A program made the position numbers and the translations under genes. 64,000 bases of DNA, taken from NCBI GenBank assembly GCA_965243135.1, contig OZ251539.1, forward strand, positions 2,560,001 through 2,624,000, in the 5' to 3' direction. The notes under the pieces are model-generated. The model saw nothing but the letters and a program-made list of their open reading frames with translations. It was not told the DNA's origin and searched no databases. The DNA is from Alphaproteobacteria bacterium. Lineage in GTDB: Bacteria > Pseudomonadota > Alphaproteobacteria > MPNO01 > UBA830. Below are positions 41,026-50,873 of this stretch, one piece after another (position 1 is the stretch's first letter; every line of letters starts with the position of its first letter).

Positions 41026-43047
41026 ATGACCAAGTATCCACATGAACCGCACGTCATCCCTCGTCCGGTCGAGTGCCTGCCGGAATACGCGAACGCAAGA
41101 TCTCGGCGCAACCTGGCGGAACGGCTTGTCGAAGCCTTCGATCTCTCCGAGGCTTCCGCATCCACAATTGCGAATGCAGTTGTCAACCCGAGCGAAGTGC
41201 GTAAGTCCATCGGTGATCCGACCGATCCCGAGGCGGAGAAAATTCCTGTTCCCGGAGGCACGCTGCTTGGACTTCGGACCAGCGTTTGGGCGCGCCGGGT
41301 CATGCCAGACCCCCGCAACCCCCGCACACTCCCGTCGCGCCGCCATCCCTTTGCGGTCAACCCGGGGACCGGCGGAGAAGACTCAAGATTTCGGCCGGTT
41401 CCGGAACCGCGTTCCTTGGACAGCGACCGGCCGCACGCAGCAGAACTGACGGTCGAAATCGAAAGCCGCCACCACCTGACGTGGGCGGTGCAGCAGGCCG
41501 CCGGTTATGTCCTCGCCGACAATGATTGGCGCAAGTCGATCGCCTCGCAAGGCGTGATGGAGGCTGTCTGGCTCGTTGCCACAACCTATAGGCACGATGA
41601 CGGATCCGCGCCAGCGACTGCGTTGACCACCGCAGAGGGTTCCTCACGGACAACATGCGTTCATGATTTGCTGGAAATCCGGTCTAGCGATGTCCCTTAT
41701 GACGATAACGAGGCAGGACTCCGGGCCCATATCCGGAAGTTGAACAAGATCCATGATCGTGGAGCGGACGAAAGCGAGAGCATTGCTCTTCGTTGCCAAC
41801 GGATGCCGGCGCTGATCCTTGTAGGATTTTTGCCCCATCCGTCCGCTCCGGCGCTGTTTCCGACAGCAGTGAAGTCTCTCGTCGCCCTCCGTCATGTCGA
41901 TCCTCCGAAGCCATGGGGAGATGGCCCCGAATTTGAAGCGCTGGCGGATGAAGTGCTTGCGGAGATCTATCGGCGAGACCTCGTTTCGAACGCCGAGTAC
42001 CGCTATTTCGCCGGTGCATGCACTCAGGCTGAGGCCGCAGCGGCCCATCTTCCCGACGATCCCGTCCTGCGAGCGAGCCGGATCGTTCATCTTTTCGCCA
42101 ACCATGATGATCGGGTGGGCCACGCTATTCGCGTGGCGGTGACAAGCCAGTCAACCCGCAAGCGTATCACGTCCGCTCTCATGCATGATCTTGCCACCGT
42201 CCTGATACTTCGCTCGGTCTCCGGCGATCCTGCCAGTGTCGATCAGCTGAGGAGGTATTTCCGTCGCTCGATTGGTAGATTCATCGGCACCAGCGATTGG
42301 GAACCGACTGGGCGGAGCAACGAACAGCTTGTGCGGGAAGCCCTCGACGAGTTCGGTGCACGAATCGGGACTGCCGCCACCGGGGATCCAGGACCATCGT
42401 CGGTCGAACTCGCAGTGCGGGCCTTGTATCCGCTCATTGTTTCCGGCAAGTTGAACGCCGACAGGGGAACGGCAAATAATCAGCAGCCTGACCGTCGCAC
42501 CCCAGGGGAGGTTCTGGACGTTATGCGGCGGACGCCCCAAGGAATCCATCAGTTGGGACAGGCGCTTCAGGACTTCTCTGACAGCACGCCCATTCGTGCG
42601 GTCGACGAACATGGCGAAATCAAGCCGCTCAACGACGGTTCGGGAGACCGAACCATCAGCGACATTTATCTCAGGAACGAGTATCCGCCGCCCGGCAAGG
42701 CCAAAAAGGCGGCGGATCCGGGAGATACGCCAACCGATCGCTTTGCAGTTGCAAAGCAGGAATTCGAAGCTGCATTGGACAGGCTCAATGAGGCCTTCGA
42801 GGCGCTGCTGGCGGTCCGCGACGACGATGACAGGCCCATGGCGGAAATCCGGGGTGCAGAGCCTGACCTGACTGATCGTTGGCGCAAGGACCTGAAGCGT
42901 ATGGATGAAGAGATGCTCATCTGGGCGCGGACCTACAGAAAGGTATACGGCAAGGCGCCGGTCGAGAGCTTTGCTGGCAAGCAGGCAACAGACCCGTACG
43001 ACGAGGATGAAAGCGATGACTGGCGGGAGAAAGAGGATGTAGTGTAA
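41026..43047 (+). CDS. Large hypothetical protein with distant ParB/Srx-like N-terminal motifs
   Basis: Intact 673-aa ORF with SD GGAGG; PDPRNPR, SIASQGVMEAV, EGSSR. Confidence 0.75.
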   Translation: MTKYPHEPHVIPRPVECLPEYANARSRRNLAERLVEAFDLSEASASTIANAVVNPSEVRKSIGDPTDPEAEKIPVPGGTLLGLRTSVWARRVMPDPRNPRTLPSRRHPFAVNPGTGGEDSRFRPVPEPRSLDSDRPHAAELTVEIESRHHLTWAVQQAAGYVLADNDWRKSIASQGVMEAVWLVATTYRHDDGSAPATALTTAEGSSRTTCVHDLLEIRSSDVPYDDNEAGLRAHIRKLNKIHDRGADESESIALRCQRMPALILVGFLPHPSAPALFPTAVKSLVALRHVDPPKPWGDGPEFEALADEVLAEIYRRDLVSNAEYRYFAGACTQAEAAAAHLPDDPVLRASRIVHLFANHDDRVGHAIRVAVTSQSTRKRITSALMHDLATVLILRSVSGDPASVDQLRRYFRRSIGRFIGTSDWEPTGRSNEQLVREALDEFGARIGTAATGDPGPSSVELAVRALYPLIVSGKLNADRGTANNQQPDRRTPGEVLDVMRRTPQGIHQLGQALQDFSDSTPIRAVDEHGEIKPLNDGSGDRTISDIYLRNEYPPPGKAKKAADPGDTPTDRFAVAKQEFEAALDRLNEAFEALLAVRDDDDRPMAEIRGAEPDLTDRWRKDLKRMDEEMLIWARTYRKVYGKAPVESFAGKQATDPYDEDESDDWREKEDVV

Positions 43048-43544
43048 TCGCCGCAGCCAACCATATCGGTCACCGGAGCATCGGCGTCAAACCGCCCGAG
43101 CGATATCCCGAATTGGCGGAACGGTCGATGCTCGGAGCGATCAGGTTCACATCCAGCTGTCGCGGAGCTTGCCTTCTCTGTGGAGCGTTGCGATGCGGGT
43201 GCCCAGTTCGCCTCGCTGGTTTCTGCGAGAGTCCTCCACGCCGCCGCGCCCGAGGTAGATTTCGGTGAACTTCACCGGTCCATCGCAGGTTCGTTGTCGG
43301 ACCGGTAGACGAAGACGCACTGCGACCGCGCTCCGTGGGCGTCCAACGCTCCGCCGGTCTTGCGCATGCTCTTCACCCCCACGCCCCGTTCTCCGGCCTT
43401 CACCGAGTTGCTCGCGTAAACGCCGGCACGGCATCGCCCCGATTCGCCGCGTTCACCCCGCGTACCGCTACATGCGCGATGTGGACAGCGACGGAATCGT
43501 ATGCGAGTGAACTCGGCCACGCTCCGATTCGAGAACATGTATCC

Positions 43545-43774
43545 ATGAAACAACATGAATCGACGAAGCCGTGCTGGCCCTTCTCTATCTCGACACTCAT
43601 GAGCGCGATCCGGCGGTAGGCGCGCGGATCCGGAAGTCGTTCGATTGGGACGCCATGAACCGCCTGCACGAAAAGGGGTTGATTTCCAACACGGTCGGCA
43701 AGGCCAAGTCAGCGGCAATTACCGAAGCAGGATTGCATAAGGCGGAACTCGCCTTCCGCGCCTATTCGAGGTAG
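43545..43774 (+). pseudogene. DUF6429-like small protein, N-terminal frameshift
   Basis: IDEAVLALLYL...KSFDWDAMNRLHEKGLIS...KAKS..TEAG; ATG 43545 is out of frame. Confidence 0.65.
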
Positions 43775-43894
43775 ATGACTGACCAAGCGAATTCGGCACC
43801 GGACATCCCGCGTCAGCCGCCGCATCGACTGTGGACAACACGCTTGGCGAGGCCAACGCCACCGTTGTCGCACCCACCTTCCCAGTTGCCCCGG

Positions 43895-46800
43895 TTACGC
43901 GGTCAATACCTCGCGGATCAGCTCGGCAATCGCTTTGGCGTCAATTCCGCCGCGCTCGTCGTCACGCGTGACAATCAAAGTGCCGGCCACTCCGCCTCCT
44001 TCGTCATGCGGGATGATGGAGGCATCGCGATATTCCTGCAATTTTCGCTTCCAGCGAGTCTCGTAGTCAGGGTTGTGGAGCAGCCCAAGGTGCTCCCAGT
44101 AATAGCGTGCGCCTGTGTCGTCATCCATGATCGTGAAGTCTGGATACCGCGTTCTTCCGTCAGGTAACGGTAGCGCCTCCTCGTATTCGTATCGATCTAT
44201 GCCCTGGGCAAGGAGTTCGTTCGCGATGATGACCTCGGACTTGGACCGAACGAGATCGCCCCGCTTGGTGCGGTGAATGAGCCCTTCCTCCAGAAACCTC
44301 TCCGTACCGTCGACCTCGAACGGCATCGGACTGGGAAGAGCGAAGAGATTGGTCAGTCTGCGGGCAATGTCCGAGTGCTTGTCACTCGCGTATCGGCGAA
44401 GGTTTCGCAAGTCTCCCTGATGCAGAACGACGACGCGGTCCTGTTGGCGCGACAATGCCGTGTAGAGAAGCTCTCGCGACAGGGGCCAACACGGATCGGG
44501 CAACACGACGAAGGTGATCCCGAACTCGCTGCCCTGTGACTTGTGGACCGTCAGGGCGTAAGCGAGATCAAGCGGAGGCGATCCCTTTTCGCCATCGAAC
44601 TCCCAGACCTTGAATTTGTAGTCGTGTCCAGGCTGAGACGTGAACTCCACCTCCACGAACGGAAGCAGTTTCGGTCGTTTTTTGGTCTTGTAGTAGCCAA
44701 CGACGATCCCGACATCGCCGTTGGCTACATAGGACGGTCGCTCGGGAAATACTTTTCGATCGCCGTTGTTCTTCAGGTTGATGACCTTGTCGCCGTAGAT
44801 GATCCCTTGAGGGCCGACTGGGGGATGGATCCTGCGGTATTGAGACGTCGCTCGCGACAGCCACGTCTTGCGGAACGTCTGCTGCACCAGGCGGTTCAAA
44901 CTCGCTACTCCATGATCCGCCCCGCGCACTGGCGACAGGATCTGCCAACGCTCGGCCTTGATCGGCGCATCTGGAGTGGGGCTACGCCAGAAGAAGGTCC
45001 CGCCGTTGTGCGTGGTTGCTCCGAGACTGCATTCGAAGCCCACTTCGTCATCCAGGCCGTCGAGGTTGAGTTCCTTGACGATCAACTCAAGAAGCTTTGT
45101 TCGAAGAGCCTCGTCGTCGCTCCACGACTCGAAACTGATTTCATCCATTTCCTCGTTTTCGAGGCGGTTCCAGACTTCGTCCGCGGCGGGATCCGGAATA
45201 CCCCCAAACCAGCCCGCCAGCACCAAGTCGGCGCGGGTCGTTCCGAGCTGCCGACGCGGAATGGTGAGCTTCGCATAGCCGCGGTCAACCTGCGGAAAAC
45301 ACTGTTCGATACCCTCTGGTTCGAGTTCCCGCACAATGTCCACGAACGGTCTACCGCTTCCGATGGGAGGAAGCTGGCGCGGATCGCCCACGAGAACCAG
45401 ACGATCGAAATCACTCAGAGCATCCAGCAGAGCGGCGAGCTGCTCTTCGGTGAGCATCGAGCATTCGTCCACGATCACGGTCCGGTATTCCCGGCAACGA
45501 TCCGGGCTGCCGGTCATGACGTAACGGCAAGTTTCGGTATCATATCGGTCGCCGTAGCGCATCAAGAACTGGGCAATCGTCAGCCCGCCGGTGATGCCTG
45601 TCCTGGTTTCGAGTTGGACGCGGGCCTTACCGGTGGGCGCCAATAGCAATATGCCGCCCCCGGCGACTTCTTTCAGTTTGCAGAGCATCTTCAGCAGCGT
45701 CGTCTTCCCGGTCCCGGCAGCTCCGACAAGCACGGATAGCCTTGATGCGAAGATTTCTTCGAGCGCAGCAGACTTCTCGGCACGAGCTTTAATTTCGATC
45801 GCTGCATCGTCGCTATCGTTCGGGAGGTCGCCGAGAGAATCATTGACCACAGCCGGAAAATCGTGATCGCCGTGGTGGCGTTGACTCTTGGAACCCACAC
45901 GCTTTCGCACGGTGCGGCGTATCAATTCGCCCGTTGCGACAAAACGGCTGAGCTGATAGCCGACAGCGCTGTCGGCCATGCTCACTGTCTCCACGACTCC
46001 TTCGAGCGAGTCGCCAAGTCCGGCAAGCACTTCAGATCCTACCGGACAGTCGGATTCAAGCGGCATACTGTCGATGTAGGTTGATAGCAAAGCACGCGGC
46101 AGCAGCGTGTGACCCTGTTCGGTGCCCTGCTCGAGAGCGGCAACGACAAGCGCACGCACCCTGCGCGGATCGACCTTGTCGGTGAGCCGCGAGGTCTCGG
46201 GTAGAGGGTGCGCCGTCAGCACGGCGTTTCCGGGCAGCATTCCGCGGTCGATAGTCAGGACAGATATGGCATCGGGCGACGCCCGGTCGCGTTCGTACAG
46301 CAGGTATGGGTTCTCGATCAGCGACCCATCATCGAGATCGTCGGACCGGACATCGGGATTGAAGAATCGTTTCGCCTGTTCGGAGGTCAAGGAAAACCGG
46401 CTGAGCAATCCCAGCAACTCTTTGCGTTGCGATGCCATGCTTCTCCATGCCCGGGCGAAGCCTTCGCCGACCTGTTCCTTTACGGGCTCCGAAGCGGTCT
46501 CTGGAGCTTGCATGATCCGTTCGAACGCCGGCCATGGATCTACGTTTCCGTCGGCGCTGTCCTTCGCACACTCTTCGGCGATTTCGTACGCAACGAGGTT
46601 TCCCCGGTCGCCGAGAAACGCCGTCAGGGCCGATCCGAAACCTGGGAAGGGACCGCGCATGCGCCACAAACGATTGAGTTGCTCATCCAGCCAATCCATG
46701 GCCTGCGCCCACGGCCCGGAATGCAAGTCCTGAATGCGCTCCAGCGCCCGCACGCAACTCAGCACCGACGCTATGGCTTCGTCGTGCGAGACGTGTTCCG

Positions 46801-47638
46801 AGCCATAGGAGAAGCTCCAGAACGCATCGTCCGGGGCGAACGCTAGGAACCGTTCCGGATCGAGGCCACGCTCATTCGCGATCTCGATCAGCTCGCGGTA
46901 GGGAAACAGAAAGCCCTCCTTGAAGCTCGGTCGTATGGAGTGCTCGACGTTGCGTTCCCATAGAACGCTGCGAAGAGGAGGATTCTTCGTGGAGTATTGG
47001 TACTCGACAGGTGCATCGACTTCACGAACCAGACCCACGCCGACGATGACCCGCCTTGCGGATGTTGAAAGAGGCGTGTCCTTCGCGTAGAAGAAACAGA
47101 GCGATTCCTCGGGGCGAACCGCGCTGAAAAACGTGTCGAGCATTACCAGTTGGTTTGAACGCTCCTGGATGAATTTGGTTACGAATCCGAGATCAGGCTC
47201 GCGGTCTGGCTGAAAACCCAAGTCGTAGAGTTCCACCAACTTCGCGCTTTCCTCGGTCAGCATCCAGCGATACGGCACGCAGGCGGCACTGTACGGCCGC
47301 ATTGTGTAACGCGTGGGAAGGAAGTGGCCGTGAGATTCCGAGTTGCGCTCGACGTAGGGATGCGACTTGCTGAGGGTCAGTGGAAATTGCGCCATGAAAT
47401 TTGCGCGCTCCTCAATGCACGGCGGGAGCTGATCCTGTCGCAGATCCGCAAGAGATTCACCCTTGATGCACTCCTCGGAAGCGTCGTCCTTACTCGCTGC
47501 GATTCTCGGCAAAGCGCAGCACGCCGTGTTGGCTGAGGGTCTGTTGCAGACGCTGCCCGCCCAACCGGCGTCGTGCCACGGGACACGAATCGAAAGGTGC
47601 CGAACTGGGAGGTGACGGGCTCCTGCGATCACTATCAA
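43895..47638 (-). CDS. RecD-like SF1B helicase with large N-terminal extension and C-terminal restriction-like nuclease domain
   Basis: GAAGTGKTT, APTGKA, VDECSM, VGDPRQLPPI, YALTVHKSQGSEF, YTALSR; C-term RSKSE..YEYE..YPDF..YWEHLG. Confidence 0.9.
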   Translation of the reverse strand: MIVIAGARHLPVRHLSIRVPWHDAGWAGSVCNRPSANTACCALPRIAASKDDASEECIKGESLADLRQDQLPPCIEERANFMAQFPLTLSKSHPYVERNSESHGHFLPTRYTMRPYSAACVPYRWMLTEESAKLVELYDLGFQPDREPDLGFVTKFIQERSNQLVMLDTFFSAVRPEESLCFFYAKDTPLSTSARRVIVGVGLVREVDAPVEYQYSTKNPPLRSVLWERNVEHSIRPSFKEGFLFPYRELIEIANERGLDPERFLAFAPDDAFWSFSYGSEHVSHDEAIASVLSCVRALERIQDLHSGPWAQAMDWLDEQLNRLWRMRGPFPGFGSALTAFLGDRGNLVAYEIAEECAKDSADGNVDPWPAFERIMQAPETASEPVKEQVGEGFARAWRSMASQRKELLGLLSRFSLTSEQAKRFFNPDVRSDDLDDGSLIENPYLLYERDRASPDAISVLTIDRGMLPGNAVLTAHPLPETSRLTDKVDPRRVRALVVAALEQGTEQGHTLLPRALLSTYIDSMPLESDCPVGSEVLAGLGDSLEGVVETVSMADSAVGYQLSRFVATGELIRRTVRKRVGSKSQRHHGDHDFPAVVNDSLGDLPNDSDDAAIEIKARAEKSAALEEIFASRLSVLVGAAGTGKTTLLKMLCKLKEVAGGGILLLAPTGKARVQLETRTGITGGLTIAQFLMRYGDRYDTETCRYVMTGSPDRCREYRTVIVDECSMLTEEQLAALLDALSDFDRLVLVGDPRQLPPIGSGRPFVDIVRELEPEGIEQCFPQVDRGYAKLTIPRRQLGTTRADLVLAGWFGGIPDPAADEVWNRLENEEMDEISFESWSDDEALRTKLLELIVKELNLDGLDDEVGFECSLGATTHNGGTFFWRSPTPDAPIKAERWQILSPVRGADHGVASLNRLVQQTFRKTWLSRATSQYRRIHPPVGPQGIIYGDKVINLKNNGDRKVFPERPSYVANGDVGIVVGYYKTKKRPKLLPFVEVEFTSQPGHDYKFKVWEFDGEKGSPPLDLAYALTVHKSQGSEFGITFVVLPDPCWPLSRELLYTALSRQQDRVVVLHQGDLRNLRRYASDKHSDIARRLTNLFALPSPMPFEVDGTERFLEEGLIHRTKRGDLVRSKSEVIIANELLAQGIDRYEYEEALPLPDGRTRYPDFTIMDDDTGARYYWEHLGLLHNPDYETRWKRKLQEYRDASIIPHDEGGGVAGTLIVTRDDERGGIDAKAIAELIREVLTA

Positions 47639-47779
47639 TCTCCTTCCGCAGCTTTGCGCGCAAACCTACCACGTACGAAGATCGACCTGAATCGAGACAT
47701 CGGCGATCATCCCCTATTCAACTCCGATGATCCTCTCCCCAACGGCATCGCGTTGGCACCGTCAGACCACAACATCTCC

Positions 47780-48230
47780 CGCTACCGACCGGGCGCCCAT
47801 TCGTGGCGCGAGCCGTTCTAATGCAGTCTCATACCGTGCACAGCCTGCCCCTGTCTACGCGACCGGTGGTCGTCCATCATGCGGACGCGAGATCGCTTCC
47901 GTTCGATGACGGTTCGATCGAACTCGCACTGACGTTGCCGCCCTACATCCACATCCACAACTACCAGGGAAGTTTCGCCGTTCCGTGGAAGCCATGGACT
48001 GGAACGTGCTGACCTTCGCGCGTTCCGGAGATCGGATCGCCGGAACCGAGCGAACCGGTTCCTGACCGTCGTATTCCCTGGACATGGCGCTGGCGTTGCG
48101 CGGGATGGTGCGCACCGCGAAAACCGGAATCCGCCTGATCCTCGTTCTCGGAACGTGAGTCTTCCGTGCGGGGCGCACGTTTCTTCAACGGCGAACTCGT
48201 CGCGACCCTGAGCGTCGTCCCGGTATATGG
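47780..48230 (+). pseudogene. N4-cytosine DNA methyltransferase relic (AvaI/BsoBI-like)
   Basis: Fragments in shifting frames: ADARSLP..IELALTLPPY (SPPY variant), SVEAMDWNVL, NRFLTV, LDMALAL..ILVLG, ESSVRG..FFNGEL. Confidence 0.65.
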
Positions 48231-48355
48231 AGTGCTTGCCGGTTGGCGTTCGAGAGCGACTTTCCGTATCGGCGGAAAGGGCGGCTCAAGCTCGGCGGCG
48301 CGATACCGGAGGAATTCCTGCCCGGATCGGCCAAGCGAGCGTGACCGCATGATTT

Positions 48356-48432
48356 TGGTAGCGGAGGAGGGATTCGAACCCCCGACACATGGATTATGAT
48401 TCCACCGCTCTAACCAGCTGAGCTACTCCGCC
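48356..48432 (-). tRNA. tRNA-Met (CAT), elongator-type, CCA encoded
   Basis: GGCGGAGTAGCTCAGCTGGTTAGAGC..GTGGA-ATCATAA-TCCAT..GGTTCGAATCC..ACCA folds as a cloverleaf. Confidence 0.95.
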
Positions 48433-48445
48433 ACGCCGAAACCGT

Positions 48446-48474
48446 TACTTAGGCGCTGCCGACGCTGGCGTCAA
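48446..48474 (-). promoter_or_regulatory. Putative tRNA promoter
   Basis: TTGACG-17bp-TAAGTA just upstream of the tRNA. Confidence 0.5.
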
Positions 48475-48502
48475 CCGTCGATTTTCCATTCGACGGCTTC
48501 CC

Positions 48503-48542
48503 TTGCAATCGCATTGCAATCGCCATTGCCGATCTCTATGGT
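48503..48542 (+). promoter_or_regulatory. Promoter and palindromic operator of the ABC operon
   Basis: TTGCAAT-CGC-ATTGCAA palindrome (48503-48519) overlapping TTGCAA-17bp-TATGGT. Confidence 0.55.
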
Positions 48543-48621
48543 TTCTCCTGGAGGCAGGCGCGGGATGCCGCGTCCGGTTCCACGAGCGGATGCTTCAATG
48601 CGAGCGACACAGGAGGGTACC

Positions 48622-49947
48622 ATGAAACTGCGCAGCTTACTCCCGAAGATGGCGTGCGTAATCCTTGCCGCCGGCTTCTCCGCCGCCGCGGCCGCGGAAC
48701 TGCCCTATAACCTCAAGTCCGGCAAACCCTACGCGGGAACGCAGCTGAACATCCTTTCCGTCGTCACGCCGCAATTCGACGGCTTGATGCTGCGCGACGG
48801 GGAATTCACCGAACTCACCGGCATCGAGACCAAGTGGACGTTCATTCCCTTCACTGCGCTTCAGGAAAAGGTCGCTTCGGTGGGCGTCGCCGCCGACGGC
48901 AACTTCGACGTCGTCAACTATCTCGATTCCTGGGGACCGCCCAACGCCCATTGGCTGCAACCCATCAACGACTGGTTGAAGCGCGACGGCATCTCGATGG
49001 AGCGCTATCCGTCCGCGTTCGCCAAATCGGCGACGTTCCAGGACAAGGTCCTCGGTTTCCCGCTGCGGGCGCACGCAATGCTGATGTTCTACCGCAAGGA
49101 CGTTTTCGACGACCTCGGACTCGCGGCCCCGAAGAGCTGGGACGACGTGATCGCCGCCAGCAAGAAGATCCGCGCGTCCGGCAAGGCGATCGAGCCCCTC
49201 GCCCTCTACTACCACAACGACGGCAACCGGCAGAATCTCTTCATCTGGCTGAACTACCTGTGGTCGGTCGGCGCCGACGTGTTCGACGAGAAGATGAAGC
49301 CCGCCTGGGCCACCGAAGCCGGGATCAAGGCGACGGAGGACTATATCGGACTCCACACTCGAAAGGTCACCAACCCGGCGTCGCTGTCGTTCGTCGAGCA
49401 GGACGCGCGCCAATCCTTCATGCAGGGCAAATCCGCGATGATTCCGGTCTGGTGGTGGGCGTACTCGTCCATGATCAATCCCAAGTCTTCCGTGCTGGGC
49501 AAGGATCAGGTCGCTTTCACGGGCCTGCCGTCGTATCGGGGGCGCGCCGTCACCTACGCGATCTCCATGCCGTTCTCGATATCCAAGCATTCGAAGAACA
49601 AGGAAGCGGCATGGGAATTCCTCAAATGGCTGTCCAATCCGAAGATGGACAAGGCCAACGCCACCGAGCGCAAGGTCGCGGGCAAGACGATAATCAACAA
49701 CGTCGTCACCCATATCGAGAATCTCAAGGATCCGGAGGTCAACGCCGCGAACGCGAACATCCAGAAAGCGGCTTGGGAATCGCTCAGGGAGTCCGACATC
49801 ATGCCGCAAATTCCCGAATGGCCCGAAATCGGCGATCTGCTGTCGGCGGCCATCGCCAAGGCCGCGGCGGGAGGCGAAGTCCGCAAGCTGATGACCGACG
49901 CCGCCGAACGGACCGAGAAGATCCTCAAGCGCGCCGGCTACTACTGA
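48622..49947 (+). CDS. CUT1-family ABC transporter substrate-binding protein
   Basis: Signal peptide; FYRKD, PKSWDD, FMQGKSAM, NKEAAWEFLKW. Confidence 0.92.
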   Translation: MKLRSLLPKMACVILAAGFSAAAAAELPYNLKSGKPYAGTQLNILSVVTPQFDGLMLRDGEFTELTGIETKWTFIPFTALQEKVASVGVAADGNFDVVNYLDSWGPPNAHWLQPINDWLKRDGISMERYPSAFAKSATFQDKVLGFPLRAHAMLMFYRKDVFDDLGLAAPKSWDDVIAASKKIRASGKAIEPLALYYHNDGNRQNLFIWLNYLWSVGADVFDEKMKPAWATEAGIKATEDYIGLHTRKVTNPASLSFVEQDARQSFMQGKSAMIPVWWWAYSSMINPKSSVLGKDQVAFTGLPSYRGRAVTYAISMPFSISKHSKNKEAAWEFLKWLSNPKMDKANATERKVAGKTIINNVVTHIENLKDPEVNAANANIQKAAWESLRESDIMPQIPEWPEIGDLLSAAIAKAAAGGEVRKLMTDAAERTEKILKRAGYY

Positions 49948-49994
49948 GCGCATGACCGGCGCCGTCGCGGAAGCGCCGGCGCCGGCCTCCCGCC

Positions 49995-50867
49995 ATGCGC
50001 GACCGCCATCTCAAGTATCTGCTCGTCCTGCCGGCCGTGACGGTGGTGTTCGCCACGGCCGTCTGGCCGCTGATCCAGTCGCTGATCCTGAGCTTTCGCA
50101 ACTGGAAACTGTCGCGGTCCAGCGAGCCCGGCCCCTTCGTCGGCTGGGAAAACTACGGATGGGCGATCTTCGAGGATCCGAATTTCTGGAACGCCACGGC
50201 GGTCACGACCGTCTATACGGTGCTGACCGTCGCCCTCACCACGCTCATCGCCCTCGGCATCGCCTTGCTGCTCGCTCCCGGCGGCCGCCTGCGGCTCACC
50301 GTCAGGACGCTTCTCATCCTGCCGTTCGCCATGAGTCCGGCGCTGGTCGGCGTCTCCTTCCGCTTCATGTTCAATCCGGAATTCGGCCTGTTCGACGCGT
50401 TTTTCGGCCTGCTTGTCCCTCCCCTCGCGGAAGTGTCCTGGCTTTCGGATCCGACCCTGGCCTTCGCCGTATGCGTTATGGCGGACATATGGGGCTGGAT
50501 CCCTTTCATCACCCTGGTGCTCATCGGCGGCATCGCGGCGTTGCCCCGGGAAACGGTCGAGGCGGCCTACGTCGACGGCGCGTCCGCCTGGCGGGCTTTT
50601 CGGGACGTTTCGTTGCCGCAACTTGCGCCGGTTCTCGCGATCGTGATCATTCTGAAGTCGATCTTCTCGATCAAGACCTTCGACCAGATCTACATGCTGA
50701 CCAACGGCGGACCGGGCACCGCGACCCAGACCCTCGCGCACTACGCGTACTTCAGCGGTTTCAAGTACTATGACATGGGCTTCGCCGCCTCGATCGCCTG
50801 GATCATGGTCATTCCCATGCTGGCGCTGACCTGGTGCTACACGCGCTACGTTTTCCGCAAGGCGTGA
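49995..50867 (+). CDS. ABC transporter permease
   Basis: FVGWENY, EAAYVDGA, TNGGPG. Confidence 0.93.
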   Translation: MRDRHLKYLLVLPAVTVVFATAVWPLIQSLILSFRNWKLSRSSEPGPFVGWENYGWAIFEDPNFWNATAVTTVYTVLTVALTTLIALGIALLLAPGGRLRLTVRTLLILPFAMSPALVGVSFRFMFNPEFGLFDAFFGLLVPPLAEVSWLSDPTLAFAVCVMADIWGWIPFITLVLIGGIAALPRETVEAAYVDGASAWRAFRDVSLPQLAPVLAIVIILKSIFSIKTFDQIYMLTNGGPGTATQTLAHYAYFSGFKYYDMGFAASIAWIMVIPMLALTWCYTRYVFRKA

Positions 50868-50873
50868 GCGGCG

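Noticed and set aside
43147-43300. Protein-like fragment on the minus strand (PVKFTEIYLGRGGVEDSRRNQRGELGTRIA...)
   Set aside because: Possibly a gene remnant, but no family could be assigned from sequence alone
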